A stretch of 62,876 bases of DNA, filler included, from Sphacelaria rigidula (lineage: Eukaryota), in the NCBI GenBank assembly GCA_964200075.2. It is 7 parts of 7 records of this genome, joined end to end, with 100 filler letters (N's around TTAATTAATTAA, not from the genome) between each part and the next. Parts side by side here need not be neighbours in the genome. Positions count along the whole stretch, not along the records: positions 17,997 to 26,893 come from CAXNAA020009806.1; positions 26,994 to 35,890 come from CAXNAA020009807.1; positions 35,991 to 44,886 come from CAXNAA020009808.1; 4 more parts are not named here. One strand, 5' to 3'. Within the stretch, counting starts at the first letter, position 1. Each line of letters begins with the position of its first letter. Positions 25,223 to 38,453 of the stretch are shown one piece after another. Below the pieces are notes generated by a model. It saw nothing but the letters and a program-made list of their open reading frames with translations. It had not been told where the DNA came from and searched no databases. Position numbers and translations under genes: made by a program.

Positions 25223-26780
25223 AGGAGGGCAAGTTTCAACTTCTGGGCACTGAAGTTCGAAAAAGTACAGTATGCTGGGCGTCTCAGTTGATGTGTTTCT
25301 CACGTTCGTTGAGTACATATACCGTCACTGCGGTGCACGCCCTGCTTCCTTTCTTCGATAACACTTGCAGTTGCCACTTATACATTGGGTAGCAAGCAAC
25401 CGAAAAGCATGTCAACGTTGCGTTGAAACACGACTTGATCCATCCCACATTCAGATGAGAGTTAGTGGGTCTGTACCAGCACGTTCCGCGCTGTTCTCGC
25501 TCGCAAAAGTACTGCTTCAGGTATACGGTTTCCAGCGATACCGTATGATGTTTTGTCGAATCTCGCCACAAGCAGCTACATACAGGAGAAAAGTACTCTT
25601 GTGAGCACGGAAGCATTGCCGTCTCTCTGCCCCTGGAGCTAGGATACCAACAGCCAAACTTGATTCTGAAAAGGATCAACTGTTTATTTGGATGAAGCGC
25701 GGCCCCATATGATAACTGGATGTAGTGTGGTCATCCTACGCCCCATACAATTTCAACAGCGATAACCAGTTGACTTTAGACCGCGGGAACCTCGTCACTT
25801 GGGTGATATTTACAGGTATATCCAGGTAAATGACTTTAGTATAGAGTTTTGCGCCCTTTGCTGGAATTTCGTATACTCGGGTGCTGTACCCTATTTTCAA
25901 GGCGCTTTCCGTACCCAGTTCTTATGGAAGAAACAAATATTTGTTTTCTAACCCGGTCCTAGCTGGGTCCTTGTGTATAATACTCGTGTACGAATCGTGT
26001 AGCGGGGGGAAGTAGGTCATTACTGTGTTTACACGCCCTTTTCCTCGCGCTTATGTTTTTATTCGACACAAACGGCGCCGGAGTATGATTTGCGATCATA
26101 TTGGCGAGCACGGTTAGGATGTTTGGGAGCTTGGTGCAGTATCAAGATAGGTTTAGTTGCAGAGGGCGAACTTACCAGTAGTGGTGAAGCACATTACTGT
26201 TGTACCACAGATTACATCTTAAATCACCCTGGTCTTTTTGGAGCATCTACATATTTATGACTAACACATAACACCATTCAGGTATCATCTGAGACCACAG
26301 AAACAGAATTACCAGGTTGCCTGTAAGTATCGTCTATAGTCTATATAGTACAGCGACAAAGATGCGGTTAGGGCATTGTGTCATACTGTGGGTTTTAGTT
26401 TTGCTCGATTGGTAGGTGGGATGGCAGTTGGGATGGTAACGGTTGGTAACAACGGCACTTGTCCTTGTTGCTTTGCTTCGCCTTGTTTGTTTTTCGCACT
26501 TACGTGCAAAGGGGGATGGCCGATGCAACTGTATCGCACTGTATGGTGCCATAAAATGTTCTCTTATTTTCTGCCTCGTGGTGTCTTGTTAGTGGGGTGG
26601 TGGTAGAAGCTACGTCATCAACACTTGTGCTCGTATTTCATTTTGTTAGTATCGTCCCGCCATACATGTGACTTTTCCTTCACCTTAGGTGGCTCCCTAA
26701 ATTTGATTCTGGCACACGAACGACCGTCATATGGTAAAGTGTCACAACTACAACCACAGAGCAAGTCAGTCTGCCCTGAC

Positions 26781-26812
26781 TTAGGGTTAGGGTTAGGGTT
26801 AGGGTTAGGGTT
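26781..26812 (+). repeat. Interstitial (TTAGGG)5 telomere-type repeat
   Basis: ttagggttagggttagggttagggttaggg; degenerate versions at ~43895-43925 and ~61695-61730. Confidence 0.9.
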
Positions 26813-27469
26813 GAAAACGTCCTTTTTTCACGTCGAAATCGAGGCAAAAATGTGCTTTCGCACATACCCTTTGGGGAAATAGAAGGCTACAAANNNNNNN
26901 NNNNNNNNNNNNNNNNNNNNNNNNNNNNNNNNNNNNNTTAATTAATTAANNNNNNNNNNNNNNNNNNNNNNNNNNNNNNNNNNNNNNNNNNNNCCCCGCC
27001 CCGCCCCTCCTCCCTGCCACCTCAAGTAGATATCTTTGTACAAGTCACCTAGAAATCGTGAACTGCTGACCCTGAACGCACCTCGCCGATGTTGGAGCTT
27101 ATCGGTTATGGTGATAGAGAAACCTGACAAGAGCCCCCGTCGTTTCGCTACTACACGTTGCTCCATTTTTATCGCGTACCGCTGCGCGCACGTCAACGGT
27201 TTATGGTCTCCTTGCTGATATTTTATCGGCTGTTGAGGTATGTGTTGGCTGTGATCTGCCGCTTGGTGTGGGTAGTAAGTGTCTTGGATCTTGTCTAGTT
27301 CGATGCTGGTACCAAGCGTGTACACGATTGATATCCCATTTGGACGAGCGATTCGCTCGTGGGTGCAGGACGGCACGGGTAATCCCGCGTGGTTAACCAA
27401 CCAGTCAACGGTAGGCACACATCTCCACGTGTAGCACCATCAGAAAATTGGGTGGTATGAGTATTGACT

Positions 27470-27625
27470 GAATTGATTGATTGGTTGTCGTACGTTGGCT
27501 GATCTGCCACGAAGCCGGCCGGCGTCATGAGATACAAGATAGACGTACCCCACATGAGTAAACGAAACATTCTCTGAGGAATCTCGAGAAAGGGGGGGGG
27601 TTGAAAAGAAAAGAGAAATCGGGCA
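27470..27625 (-). repeat. SINE-like 3' end with (CAAT)n tail
   Basis: The reverse complement ends gatcagcc...gacaaccaatcaatcaat. A similarly built tail lies at ~54110-54217 (+). Confidence 0.5.
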
Positions 27626-28962
27626 CGATGACGAGAGAAATGAGAACAATAAGTAGGCAACACTTGTACTGTGTACTGTAGCGACAGCAACGCCAGCCCC
27701 CTACCGCATGGGTTACGCTACTACGAGGAAGCCGTGCCAAGAGCGAGAAGCAAAACAAACATAATTTGAAATGATCAAAAGCGGCACCTTATCGGCATAT
27801 CTCGACTGTCGAGGTTGTTCAACGCCATCTAAAAACCAGCGTGGCGGCTCTCATCACTCGCGGGGATTGAAGTAAACCGAAAGCACTTGTACCTTATGGT
27901 CATATTCCACTCAACGGTTTTGCGAAATAGATGATGCACATCTTGTCAAGGTCTGGGGATATTTTCTTTTATATTCAATTTCGGCATTTTCATGTGTACG
28001 GTGTATTGCTATGCACGGTATCTTTTGTTGAATCAAAATACTCCGCCAGATGGTATTGGTCTGTTCATTTCAGCCGCCACATGATCTTGATTACAGTTGT
28101 TGTGGAAGATTTCAAGTTCATGTTACTGTCTCCCCAAGATATTCGTCAAAATAGGGACAAAAAGGCCCTTCGGGGAGAAACGCAAAAAATATGCATCTCG
28201 AACCCATTGCTCGATTTGACCAGTTGATTACTCAACCAAAAGCCCTAGACTATGTAATCACGGATATACCCTGTTTGATGATGTTCGATGCGTCGATCGA
28301 ATGGTTTGACATGGGCGTTGAGCGAAAGTGAAAAAAATAGCGCTATTGCGATCGATCGACATGCGCGCGGAAAATATCGGGAGGATGGCCTGTTGACAAT
28401 CTTAACCTGAGGGAGATGGGCTGACTCCTTGAGACCACGGACTCCTCCCGACGAAGGGGAGAATTAGAAGTGACTACAAAATAAAAAAATAAACTTACAG
28501 ACTGATGGATCGGGTCGGCGGAACTGCTTGCTTGGAATTGTGAGTCAGAGTTTCGATTGAGCCACTCCACAAGATTTAGCTTGAAAACTCGATGCGCTAG
28601 GTACGCGATGCGCTAGGTACGCGAACGTAAATCAGGGCCTACTGGTACGTGAAATGACTTGATTCCTTCTCTCATGAATATCTCGTTCCTAGATTCCGTG
28701 GGGTTACGGGCGTTTGTGCCCCCCCCCCCAGTTGTAGGTGTTCCGGTAGTAGCTTTTCAGCACATGATCCTGACCGTCACTCTGACGTCAAAATCCTTCC
28801 GCTGTCTACAATCTATTGGGAATTCAGCTATGTCGTTGGGCCTCCTTGAAGATTCCTGTTTTATATGAGACTGCACTGAATAATTTTCCACTCTTCCAAC
28901 TCGGACTTGCTCTGTCCCCCGTGGGTGTTCCCTACCGTGTTTTTTGTTGATTCTGTCGAGAG

Positions 28963-29119
28963 GTATGGGTGATGTACCACAGCAAGCTGAAGACGAAACA
29001 GGTCTACCTGCACGACGCCACCTACGCGACGCCGTTCAGTTTCATGCTGTGGGGGGCACGTATTCGTCACGACCGCTCGCTGGAACGTACGAAGAAGGAG
29101 GGCATCGAGGTCGTGGTTG
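28963..29119 (+). CDS. Penultimate exon of a DEAH-box RNA helicase (DHX36/DHX57/DHX29-like), OB-fold region
   Basis: Translates VWVMYHSKLKTKQVYLHDATYATPFSFMLWGA...IEVVV, matching the W.vY.EK.KT.kVyl.d.T.vsP..llLFGg motif. Donor G|GTGAGT in phase 1. The acceptor may be offset by 2 nt. Confidence 0.85.
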
Positions 29120-29522
29120 GTGAGTGGAGGGTGTGATTATTAATAGTGAATTGACTGAGCGGGTCGAGGTCGCTACTGGTGAGAAGCGCAGAAGAAGTGG
29201 ACTGTCCCGTTTGTTTCTCGCTGACGGCGTCTAAGTGAAAAATCCTGAATTTCGCATGTGAAAAAAATTCCATGGCGGTGTTCAGAGCACCATCTGTTTG
29301 GAGTAGGCTGTTTGCGACTGGAGTTGTTTGTGTCTCCAAAATGAAATAAAACCTCTTGATCGCTGGAGTGCGTCCGAAATTTGACTATTTTCCCTCCCAT
29401 CCCCCTACTACCGTTTCATCCTTCCTGTTGCCCAACTTCCCGTCCTTACCTTCTTTTATCATTTTTTTCTCGCCGTAATGTGGCGATGCAACACGCCCTA
29501 TGGGCATTCGAAAATAAAATAG

Positions 29523-29704
29523 ACAAATGGTTGCGGTTCCGCATGACCGAGAAAACGGCGGTGGTATTCAAGGCGATGCGGCGGGAGCTGAATGACCTTC
29601 TGGTGGGTAAGATAGAAGACCCTTTCGCCGATACGGGCCCCTTGTCGGGTATGCTGGTGACGAGTCTCGGCAGGCTACTCGACATCGAAGCCCGGTGCCA
29701 GTGA
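29523..29704 (+). CDS. Terminal exon of the same DEAH-box helicase
   Basis: Acceptor tag|AC is phase-compatible (G+AC=D). Translates DKWLRFRMTEKTAVVFKAMRRELNDLLVGKIEDP...LLDIEARCQ*, typical of this family's C-terminus. Confidence 0.88.
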
Positions 29705-30362
29705 CTTGTTGTAGCCAGAGGAAAACAACATTAGTTCATTATCTTTCTTGGTCGTGTTTGAAGCTAATGCTTCCTCCAGGCGGACGATCTATGAGCGCGG
29801 GCCTGGGAAGGAAGTAGGGCGACAGCGAGTAAACGCTTTCCCTCTCGCCTTCCGCCTACGCTTAGCCCAAATGCTGTGAAAATACTTTTAGCGTGATGTA
29901 GCTGCTGCCAAGCTGGAAATTGCATCGGGGTTGGCGTAAAACGCGGAAGCTTTGGCAATGCTGACTTCCTTTGGTTTGTCAATGGTGTATACGCTGGCGG
30001 GAGTTTGTGTGCGCGGCTTTGAGCCGTCATTGTAGTTCCGTTACCGCCCAATATTGCTCAAGGTGGTGACCGTATTTGGGAACCGCTAATCGTTGCTCGA
30101 GTTGGTGGCCGTACAGTATGATCGATGTCGGGTGTTTATTCAAGGCTGTACTTACTGCTGGCAAGGAGCCTACTCGTACACACGAGTCCGACCGCATGGG
30201 GTTTGCTCATCTGGCTGACCCAGCGAATTGTTTTCAGCCCCAAGAGGGAGCGCTGCCTATGATGGGTCCTTGAAACATAACAGCCGATATCATGTGTTGT
30301 TATCTCATTTATTCTGAACGCTGGTCTATATCTTTCGGTATATGTGGGCGCACCAGCCGGGA

Positions 30363-30620
30363 TCACACAGGAGGAAGGCTAATACAGGAGTTTTTGTTTG
30401 TTTGTTCTAGTTCTCCACCCTCCTTCTGCGGTGCTTGCCTGTATTTTTTATCGCGATAGGGGTTCAGCAGTCCCTTTCCCTCGTCGACCATTAAGTCGTA
30501 TTCATGTACCCACGATATAGTCGCTCTCCACTGTTGGGTATTGTGTGAGGAAAAATCGCAGATCGCAGATCGCTTCGAGATTCGAACCAACTACCCAACC
30601 GTCAGAAGATATCGAAATTA
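30363..30620 (-). mobile_element. Third copy of the tRNA-derived SINE
   Basis: The reverse complement has box B GGTTCGAATC and the shared body cccaacagtggagagcgactatatcgtgggtaca...aggcaagcaccgcagaagga. Confidence 0.8.
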
Positions 30621-31584
30621 CAACGGATCGGACGAATTAATACTTCGTCTGAAAATCACTTGATTACAATGTGATTAATTCGTACCGTATGAATCAATCC
30701 TTGGGCTTTGTTTTTAGCGTTGAAACTCAGGTACGCGCAGCCCAGGCGAGTGGAATGGCGCGAACATTGCGTGGAGACCTTGTTGACGAGCGGTCAACTT
30801 TTTTCTCTCTTTCGAGCCATCAGGCCTGAGAAATCGTGGATTTGGTGATTCGAACCGGCGATGATTCGTCCGAACCGTGAATCTACAGCAGTTACCGCTT
30901 GATTTTCGACATGCTGAGATGTTAGTTCATCAATTTAGAGAGCCGGCACTGAAGGTCGATTTTGAGCCAATCGACTGGCGGCAAGGACGTGCCAAGACAG
31001 CAGGTTAACCCTTACACAGCGAGCGTCGCGTCGAAATTTTTTTACAGGCTGACAGCCTAGGGATGTCCCCGGGTTTTCCAGGGAGCGAGGGGGGGTTTGA
31101 CAGGGGGGTCGGGGCCTGTTCGCACAACAGCTGATCAGCCCATCAATCAACCATGTGTGTTCGGAGTTTCCCACGTAAAATTACAAGCCAGGAACGAGGC
31201 CTGAGGGGAGCGGAGTGACCATTCTTACCAATCATGGCTGTCAAAACGGTCACTTTGTTCCCATACAGGTAGACTACAGATGGACGACTTCGCTGTCTAG
31301 CCGTATTTCTTATTTTGGTCATGACAATTCAACCATGGATAGCAGGGGCATGAAAAAGAAAGGTGCCTTTTACTCTGCTTGTGATCTATGCCGGTTGTCG
31401 ACCCCTCATCGGTTGTCAGCATAGCTTTACACTGTCTGTAGTGTTGTTGTGGAACGCTAAGCAGGGATAGCAGCAGCATGCAGTAGACTGTGTTGTGTGG
31501 AGACCGATGATGACACGCTGATGTATTTTATTTCACTTGAAAAAAGTATGCATGATCCAGATAGACTATACGCTCGCGGTCTAA

Positions 31585-32194
31585 GACCACTTTGTATGGC
31601 GGGCAATCCCGAATCTGGCGGGACCCGAATCTGTGCCAAATCGGGGGGACCCAGATTCGTGTGTACAGTCGGTATTGCGAGAACAGTGCACAGTGTGCGA
31701 CAAGAGTTGACGAGTGCAGTGTCATTCATCACCCTGGAACAACCGCAACAGTAGTGAAGGATAGTGCAGTATATCATTCGTGATGATGATACATACAGCA
31801 GCACAGTGCAGTATAAAATTTTGCCATCACCGCAGGGTACGGCATCAACACTTCTCATCCGCTTGTCAAACCCAGTGCGGAGCCGCTCCAGCAGCCGGTG
31901 CCCGCAGGCATACTGTCTGTGCTGTCACGAGGCTGTCTGCTGCTGTTGTTGCAAAAATACCAAACGCCTGTTGCCCTATCACTGTACGTCAGCATACGTA
32001 CGTCAGTTAGTTGCTCCAGATTCGGGGGACCTCGATTCTCCACGGATCTGGGCTCAGATTCGTGTAAAACCGTTCTCAAATTGTGACAAACGAATCTAAA
32101 CTTCGCCGACTTGTGCCAAATTGGGATCCATACAATGCTGAGGTCCCCTGATCTGCGTACAGATCCGTTTTTTCGACTGCCATACGAAGTGGTC
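31585..32194. mobile_element. PIF/Harbinger-like MITE nested in the end of a piggyBac-like MITE
   Basis: TIR gaccactttgtatggc / gccatacgaagtggtc with TAA on both sides. Removing it restores cgcggtctaagggttaa, the terminus seen intact at 32290-32305. Confidence 0.8.
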
Positions 32195-32204
32195 TAAGGG
32201 TTAA

Positions 32205-32301
32205 CCCTTAGACCGTGAGGTTAGTCTTCTGTTGAATCGGCATCAATTTAAAGTGAAAAAAAGTAGGCATGATCCAGAAAGATTATCTCGCGGTCTAAGG
32301 G
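32205..32301. mobile_element. ~97-bp piggyBac-like MITE
   Basis: TTAA|cccttagaccgtgag ... ctcgcggtctaaggg|TTAA. Confidence 0.85.
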
Positions 32302-35300
32302 TTAAGGAGGTAACGAGCCCGAATTCCGACGGATTCCTTATTATTTTGTTCCGTCGGCAAGGTTATACATTATGTAGTAGATTTTTTTTTCCATTTTTTT
32401 CTTCATTCAGGGGCGGTGCCGTGCGTTACCAGGTTGTTCTGCAGGTCACACCGATGTACTCAAGCCGGGCTGATTTGGTAAACTTGATAAGTTACGGTGT
32501 GATATGCAAAATGCGGGATTTACTGCTGGCCCAGCTCGTATGCGGGCATCGGAGGCACCAATATTTAGTAGCAATCACGGTTTCCCTTGATTTTGATATT
32601 TTGCCGACCTTCGTGAAATCCCAGATTCTAATGAAGTTACTGAGAGTCGAGTTCCAATCCAAGAAGAGGTGGACAGCTATTTATGCCTCAAAAAGGCAAG
32701 AAGAGCAGCGAAGGCCGTTTATCATATCTGAAGTTGTTGTTGTCTTCACATTAAAAACCGTTCCGACATCTGCGCGGTACATCTGTATTGGGCATCTGAG
32801 CGGACACCTTCCGTGCTCACATACATGCTGGTGTACCAGACTATCCCGCCGATATAGTTTCTCTACAAGTATACAGTAGCAGTTATTTCGTTCTTGACAA
32901 AAAGCGCAACCTCTATCTTTCCCCCTTTCATAGAACATCAGCCTAGCTATTGCTGTGGTACATGAACGAACCTCGTTTGTTCAGGGAGTTTCGCCCACGC
33001 GTGAATCATCGTGTACACTTATCTATTCTGCTCATCATCTGTGCTTGTCATCTAGGGAATTACGGGTCTGAGATACACGACCGAGGCAAATTCCAGATCA
33101 CTGATACCCCCGCGAGTTCGATTTCGGTTTCCTCGAGGAGCAATGATTTCACTCCCAAATATCCTGTCAATCGAAAAAAAACTAGATTGGTTCTTGACGG
33201 TGGGCCTCTTGGTGGCGTAGTCGGTACGGCTTTTCAGAATGGAGAACAAAACGCAGATAGCCAGGGGTGTTATACCCCATCAACTCCATAAAAACGCCAA
33301 CTCGGGCGAAAAGTACGTAACGGGCGAGAATGCAACGTCTCTGGTTTTCGCTTTTGACGGCGAGAGCGCGCATAACTATCTCAGCCAAAGCGAATTCGCG
33401 AGCTCTTGGCTTTGATATACATTGGCACTAAAGGTACAGAAGGGAGAGGACAAGCGAAGGGGTGTTGCTCACGTCTTTGTCGTGGTGGCAACGATATAAC
33501 CCTCGTGTGACAGGTGCGATCATATCCAGGTCCAACTTCGAGCACACTAAAGATCGCGCAGCCTGTAGATATTCATGTACTGTACAAGAGAACCCGTGGG
33601 TTTTTGAGAGACACCATCTTTCCCTTATGGGTGTGTCGGGGAGTCAATGCGTGTCTTCAAGAAGTGCAGCAAGCCAACTCACGCTACAGTCAAAAGCAAT
33701 TTGCTTTCCAAGAGAAGGGTAGTGTCCTGTGTATTGCACTTCAGTATTTTCACCCGAAACAGCTATATCCTCGGGGTTCTTCACTTACAGAATATATAGA
33801 CGCGACTGGAAGGGGTTGTGAGGGTGATACAGCAGGTCTTTCACACGTTCGGCCAAACAATGTCGGCATGCACTTAGCATGTTGTCGACTATCCCTCCAA
33901 GTTTCTATCCCTCGTGATCAACTAACTTCTGCCTGTAGCGTACTGTCGCGTGTTCGAGAAATGAAGGCTCAAGGAGCGCACGCAGTTGGCCAGAGTCCCG
34001 TGTGCAGCGTAGGGCGTACGATGTCGTTTTACGGCAAAAGTGGAGACACGACAACTCCTCGCGGAAGGACACTGGTTCTAGCAAACGAGCTTAGTGGTAT
34101 CCGCAACAATAATAGCGAGTGGCGTTGCTGTCTGCGTGGGAAGCCCTGACCTTTGAGGACTGTGCACTACGGTGCAGTACAGTAGAGTGCAGTAGAGAAG
34201 AGTATAGTAGAGTAGAGTAGAAGAGCAGCGTAAAGTACAGTTGGCAGTATAATAGTACAGGCGGACAAAACAAAACCGTGGCGGACCGTACAGGACTGTC
34301 CACACAACAGTCTAATGCCTGCCTCAATTTCTTACAGTTAATACGTACGATAATTAAAGATGAGTTATATATATATATATATATATATTCTGTTATCGGA
34401 GTGGCGGAGATGAACAATTTTGGGTCCGATTCGGAGGAGCTCAAATACTTCCTGTCCCACAAGATAAGCCCGTTTGGAAAATCTCATTGCATGAGCCGGT
34501 GGTGAAGTATTGCTGTCATGTACCCAATGCAGTTGTTTTCGACATACGGACCTTCAACATGTCTTCCACATATGGTTGCCATCATGTAAAAAAAAACGTT
34601 AGACCCAGGGAATCACATGTCATCATCCCCGGCGTGAAAAAAATCACAAAGTGGGCTTATGTAGTGAGATTTTCCGAAGGAGAACCAGAGTTTTGGCATA
34701 ACTTTGGCTCAACGTGCGCCGACACAGTAGAGCCCGCGCCGACACCAGCGGGAACCACACCAACAGCATTACCAGCAGTCTGGTTCGTCGACATGATCTG
34801 TAACCCTGAAGAAGGCGGTCCGCAGGATGTCCTCGCTTGTTGACGGCTGCTGCCCTTGGGAGCGCGGACTGCTGCGTGCTCAAATAGTGCTGTGGTGGCG
34901 GCAGACTGAAGAATGACGGTTTCGGGCAGTTCTCCGAAACGCCTCGGGAACCATGAAAAAAAAAGTTTCTCCAAAAATCGATGGGAAGGCTGTCAAGCGG
35001 TAGTTGTGCACGACCGACACACTCTGATCGCCGTGAGTGTAGCTGCTTGTCTATTGGGGGCTCGGCAAAAACCTCGGTTTTGACTTCTGCTCCAAAACTT
35101 CACGAGAACAACAGAATAAACGCTCGGGAGAAGCCGAAAATACGCACGAGAAATGCGGCAAAACCTCCGAACAGGCTTATCTTTTGGGACAGAGGAAGGC
35201 TTTAATGCAGACCGCATTATTCATTTATTGTTTCATACTCAGTGGAAGGCTTCAATACAGACCTGTCTGAAGGTCGCAGACATCCAAGGCGTGAACACGC

Positions 35301-36869
35301 GGCCGATCCTCGGAAGCTAACTCGCAATAACACTGCACGGACCCGGCGGCAACGTGATACGGTATCTTCTCGCATTTATTCAAAAATACACAATGTATAT
35401 GTTGAACCAGTCTGGTAAGGGCCATTGTTTCCGACACTGCTTGCTTGGTGGTCTCCGAAATTTTCGTGATTGGCAAGGGACCTGATGACTCTCGAACGCT
35501 TTCGAGTGCCACGGCGTACACACAGGGCAACTCTTCGAATTGCTGCGTTGCGGTCTGAATTTTTCGAATTTTGATGCCGCGGTAGCTCCCCCCCCCCCAA
35601 AGCGGCTGGGTTGAGGAGGCAAAATCTACATATATACCAAAATGGAAAACACTAGGCATACCGAGCAGCGGGGAACTCCCACGCTTGTGATAGTTTTCGC
35701 TAATGTCGTCCATATGAGGCGCCCCATGCAGTCTGACCAGCTGTCACGCTCGGTATAGTCATTTTCTTCGTGACAGTTTTGGGACTGGTTTGAGGGGGGG
35801 GGGGGGGGGGGGGGGGGGTGCGGGGCCATCACCCTTGGCTGGAAAAGGAAAGTTGGGAGTGAACATCAAGATGCTTTGTTTGAGGAGAAGNNNNNNNNNN
35901 NNNNNNNNNNNNNNNNNNNNNNNNNNNNNNNNNNTTAATTAATTAANNNNNNNNNNNNNNNNNNNNNNNNNNNNNNNNNNNNNNNNNNNNGGCAGTATTG
36001 ATTGGCGTTATTGATCCACAACTTGCTTGTTCGTACTCCCGTTGCTGCTTTCAACGACGATCTGACTCGGAATTTCGAGCAACAAATGGCCCAAAACACC
36101 CCCCCCCCTATCGTAGGATGACTCAGGTGACGTATCTAGCCCCTTCTGTAGTACTGATGAATCTGTTTTCTTGATGCCAAGGACTTCTCTGATGTACCCT
36201 TCCCTCTCTCGTGATGATGAAACTTTGATGCCGGAACTGTCCTGGTGTGGTGACTTCGGCTGTTGCTGTTACTGCTGTTGCTGCTGGTGCTGCTGATGAT
36301 GATAATAACCGCGACGAGGAGGATGTTCACGATTCTTCTGCCGTGAATTTGCCGATTTTTTGTTGTAGAAAGTGGGATAACGGAAATTCCTGTATCCCTG
36401 TCGTAATGTCCAAGCTTGCTACAACAGTTGACGCGTTTGTTCTTCTCGTAAAACTTCAGCTTCCGACCACTAGCTGTACTTTTGTGTGAGGTTGAAGACT
36501 TGTTTCATGAATATCCACATTGACTGTTGCGCTTGCGGTCTTATTTATTTTCCGAGCTGCACCGCACGCTATTTTGACTTTTTTGCAGAAAGCTGTCGGC
36601 GACAGTTCCACTGTCTTTACTGCTCCTGATGGCTCGACGTCCGCGGGAACTGCTGCTGGTGATAATGCTGTGCCCATCCCCATATTGCTTCTCGGGACAC
36701 TACCGTAGTCGTCAGTGCTGACCCGGTGCATAAGTTGAAGGTTCTTGAGTCCCGAACGATCTTCATGTCAATGAAGTGGAGCATTCCGCTGTTGTCGGTA
36801 TGAATGGGGATCTTGAATTTTCCGGGATGTAAATGAAAGTTGACGGGAAACATGGTTGAAACAACCTTT

Positions 36870-37285
36870 AACAGACAATTCTATAAAATTGGGTTCATCA
36901 ATTAAATGAGGTTCGAGTCCAAAACAGTACTTTCTCCACACTTTCAGCGACGGTGCCCAATGACTTGCTTGTCGGCCTAATGCCCCTCGATCGCGTAGAT
37001 ACGTCTTCAGCGCATTTTACCGACTCTGTGAGCTTACAGCGCTGACCGAAACCGCTGTTTGCCCTGATATCACCCCCTCCTAAAACATAAGTAGAAAAGG
37101 CGGTTTTGGACAGCGCTGTAAGCTCACAGAATCGATAAAATACGCTGAAGAAGTATCTACGCGATCGAGGGGCATTAGGCCGACAAGAAAGTCACTGGGC
37201 CCCATCGCTGAAAGTGTGGAGAAAGTACTGTTTTGGGCTCGAACCTCATTTATTTGATGAACCCCATTTTATAGATTTGTCTGTT
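36870..37285. mobile_element. Foldback MITE with ~190-bp arms, ~35-nt loop, AAC...GTT ends and 4-bp TSD
   Basis: Near-perfect long inverted repeat with CTTT on both sides (36866-36869, 37286-37289). Inserted in the copia element. Confidence 0.93.
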
Positions 37286-37957
37286 CTTTGTCGATCCTTC
37301 AACAGATGAGAACAGATCAGATGTTTCCCCAGACCTGGGATAATCACGCGAGGGGCTCGAATGTTAACAATAGTACAACAAGATGGTCCCTGGAGGGATC
37401 GAACCCCGGTTGTACTTTTGTTACATATACAACGTATCCACGGAGCTATCAGTCAGCGCTAACTGTTTAGCTCAGTTGATATGTTGTGCATCTAACATGG
37501 ATCGGACCAGTCAGCGGTGACTGTTGAGCTCAGTGGATATGTTGTATACCTAACTCCGAACAGAGCGCTGGTTCCCCTAAGAATCAGTGACGACGGCGTT
37601 GAAACGCCTCTTCCCGTACCATGCAGTAGATGACGTCCAGCAGTAAGGATACTCATGGGTGGATCAAGTATTTACATAGTCGACCATTTCTTGTTTGATA
37701 TTAGGAGACAGCTAATCGTCTATGAAATGCCCACTTGAGCCACTGTCAATAGCAATCTTGAAGGAAATTTTGTCGGGTGTACAATAGTTGTGACAGACAC
37801 ATGAACCGGAGAGGAAGGAAAATCCCATGCCGTTTGGTGGTGGATATGTATCGGTCACTGTTGAAGCTGAAATGGCGACGGTAGTATGAGCTTGGCGTAG
37901 ATGGCCGTCGAAGTTGGTGCTGCTGATGTTGCTGCTGTCGTCATCATCTTTATTACT

Positions 37958-37959
37958 GC

Positions 37960-38025
<66 letters not shown>

Positions 38026-38053
38026 GGTGGTGGTGGTGGTTGTGGTTGTTGTT
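37958..38053. repeat. (TTG)n microsatellite, continuing at 38417-38453 after a MITE insertion
   Basis: Direct reading. Confidence 0.95.
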
Positions 38054-38415
38054 AACTCTATATTCGTGAGATTCAGAGTGTAGTTTCAGATTCAGAGTCA
38101 GGATTTCAAACGGAAGAAGTGTTTTCTTTGTGGTCGATTCTCATGCGAAACAGTCTGCGTCACTAATCAACCAACATTGGAGGCTGTGAAAATACCCACG
38201 TTCATTACTCGGATTGGTTGATTGGTGACCCGAACTGTTTCGCATAAGAATCGACCACGAAGAAAACAGTTCTTCCGTTTGGAAAGCCTCCAATGTTGGT
38301 TGATTAGTGACGCGGACTTTTTCGCATGAGAATCGACCACAAAGAAAACAGCTATTTCGTTTGAAATCCTGACTTTAAATCTGAAACTACACTCTGAATC
38401 TCACGAATATAGTGT

Positions 38416-38416
<1 letters not shown>
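38054..38416. mobile_element. Foldback MITE with ~130-bp arms, AAC...GTT ends and an extra internal partial arm
   Basis: aactctatattcgtgagattcagagtgtagtttcaga / tctgaaactacactctgaatctcacgaatatagtgtt; TGTT on both sides. Confidence 0.92.

Positions 38417-38453
<37 letters not shown>

Noticed and set aside
26781-26812. True telomere
   Set aside because: Only five units, with unique sequence on both sides.
32232-34974. Several 100-215 aa ORFs; weak GKS..D / IPGVKK motifs suggesting a Sola/Zator-like transposase relic
   Set aside because: Motifs are too weak and fragmentary to call without a profile search.
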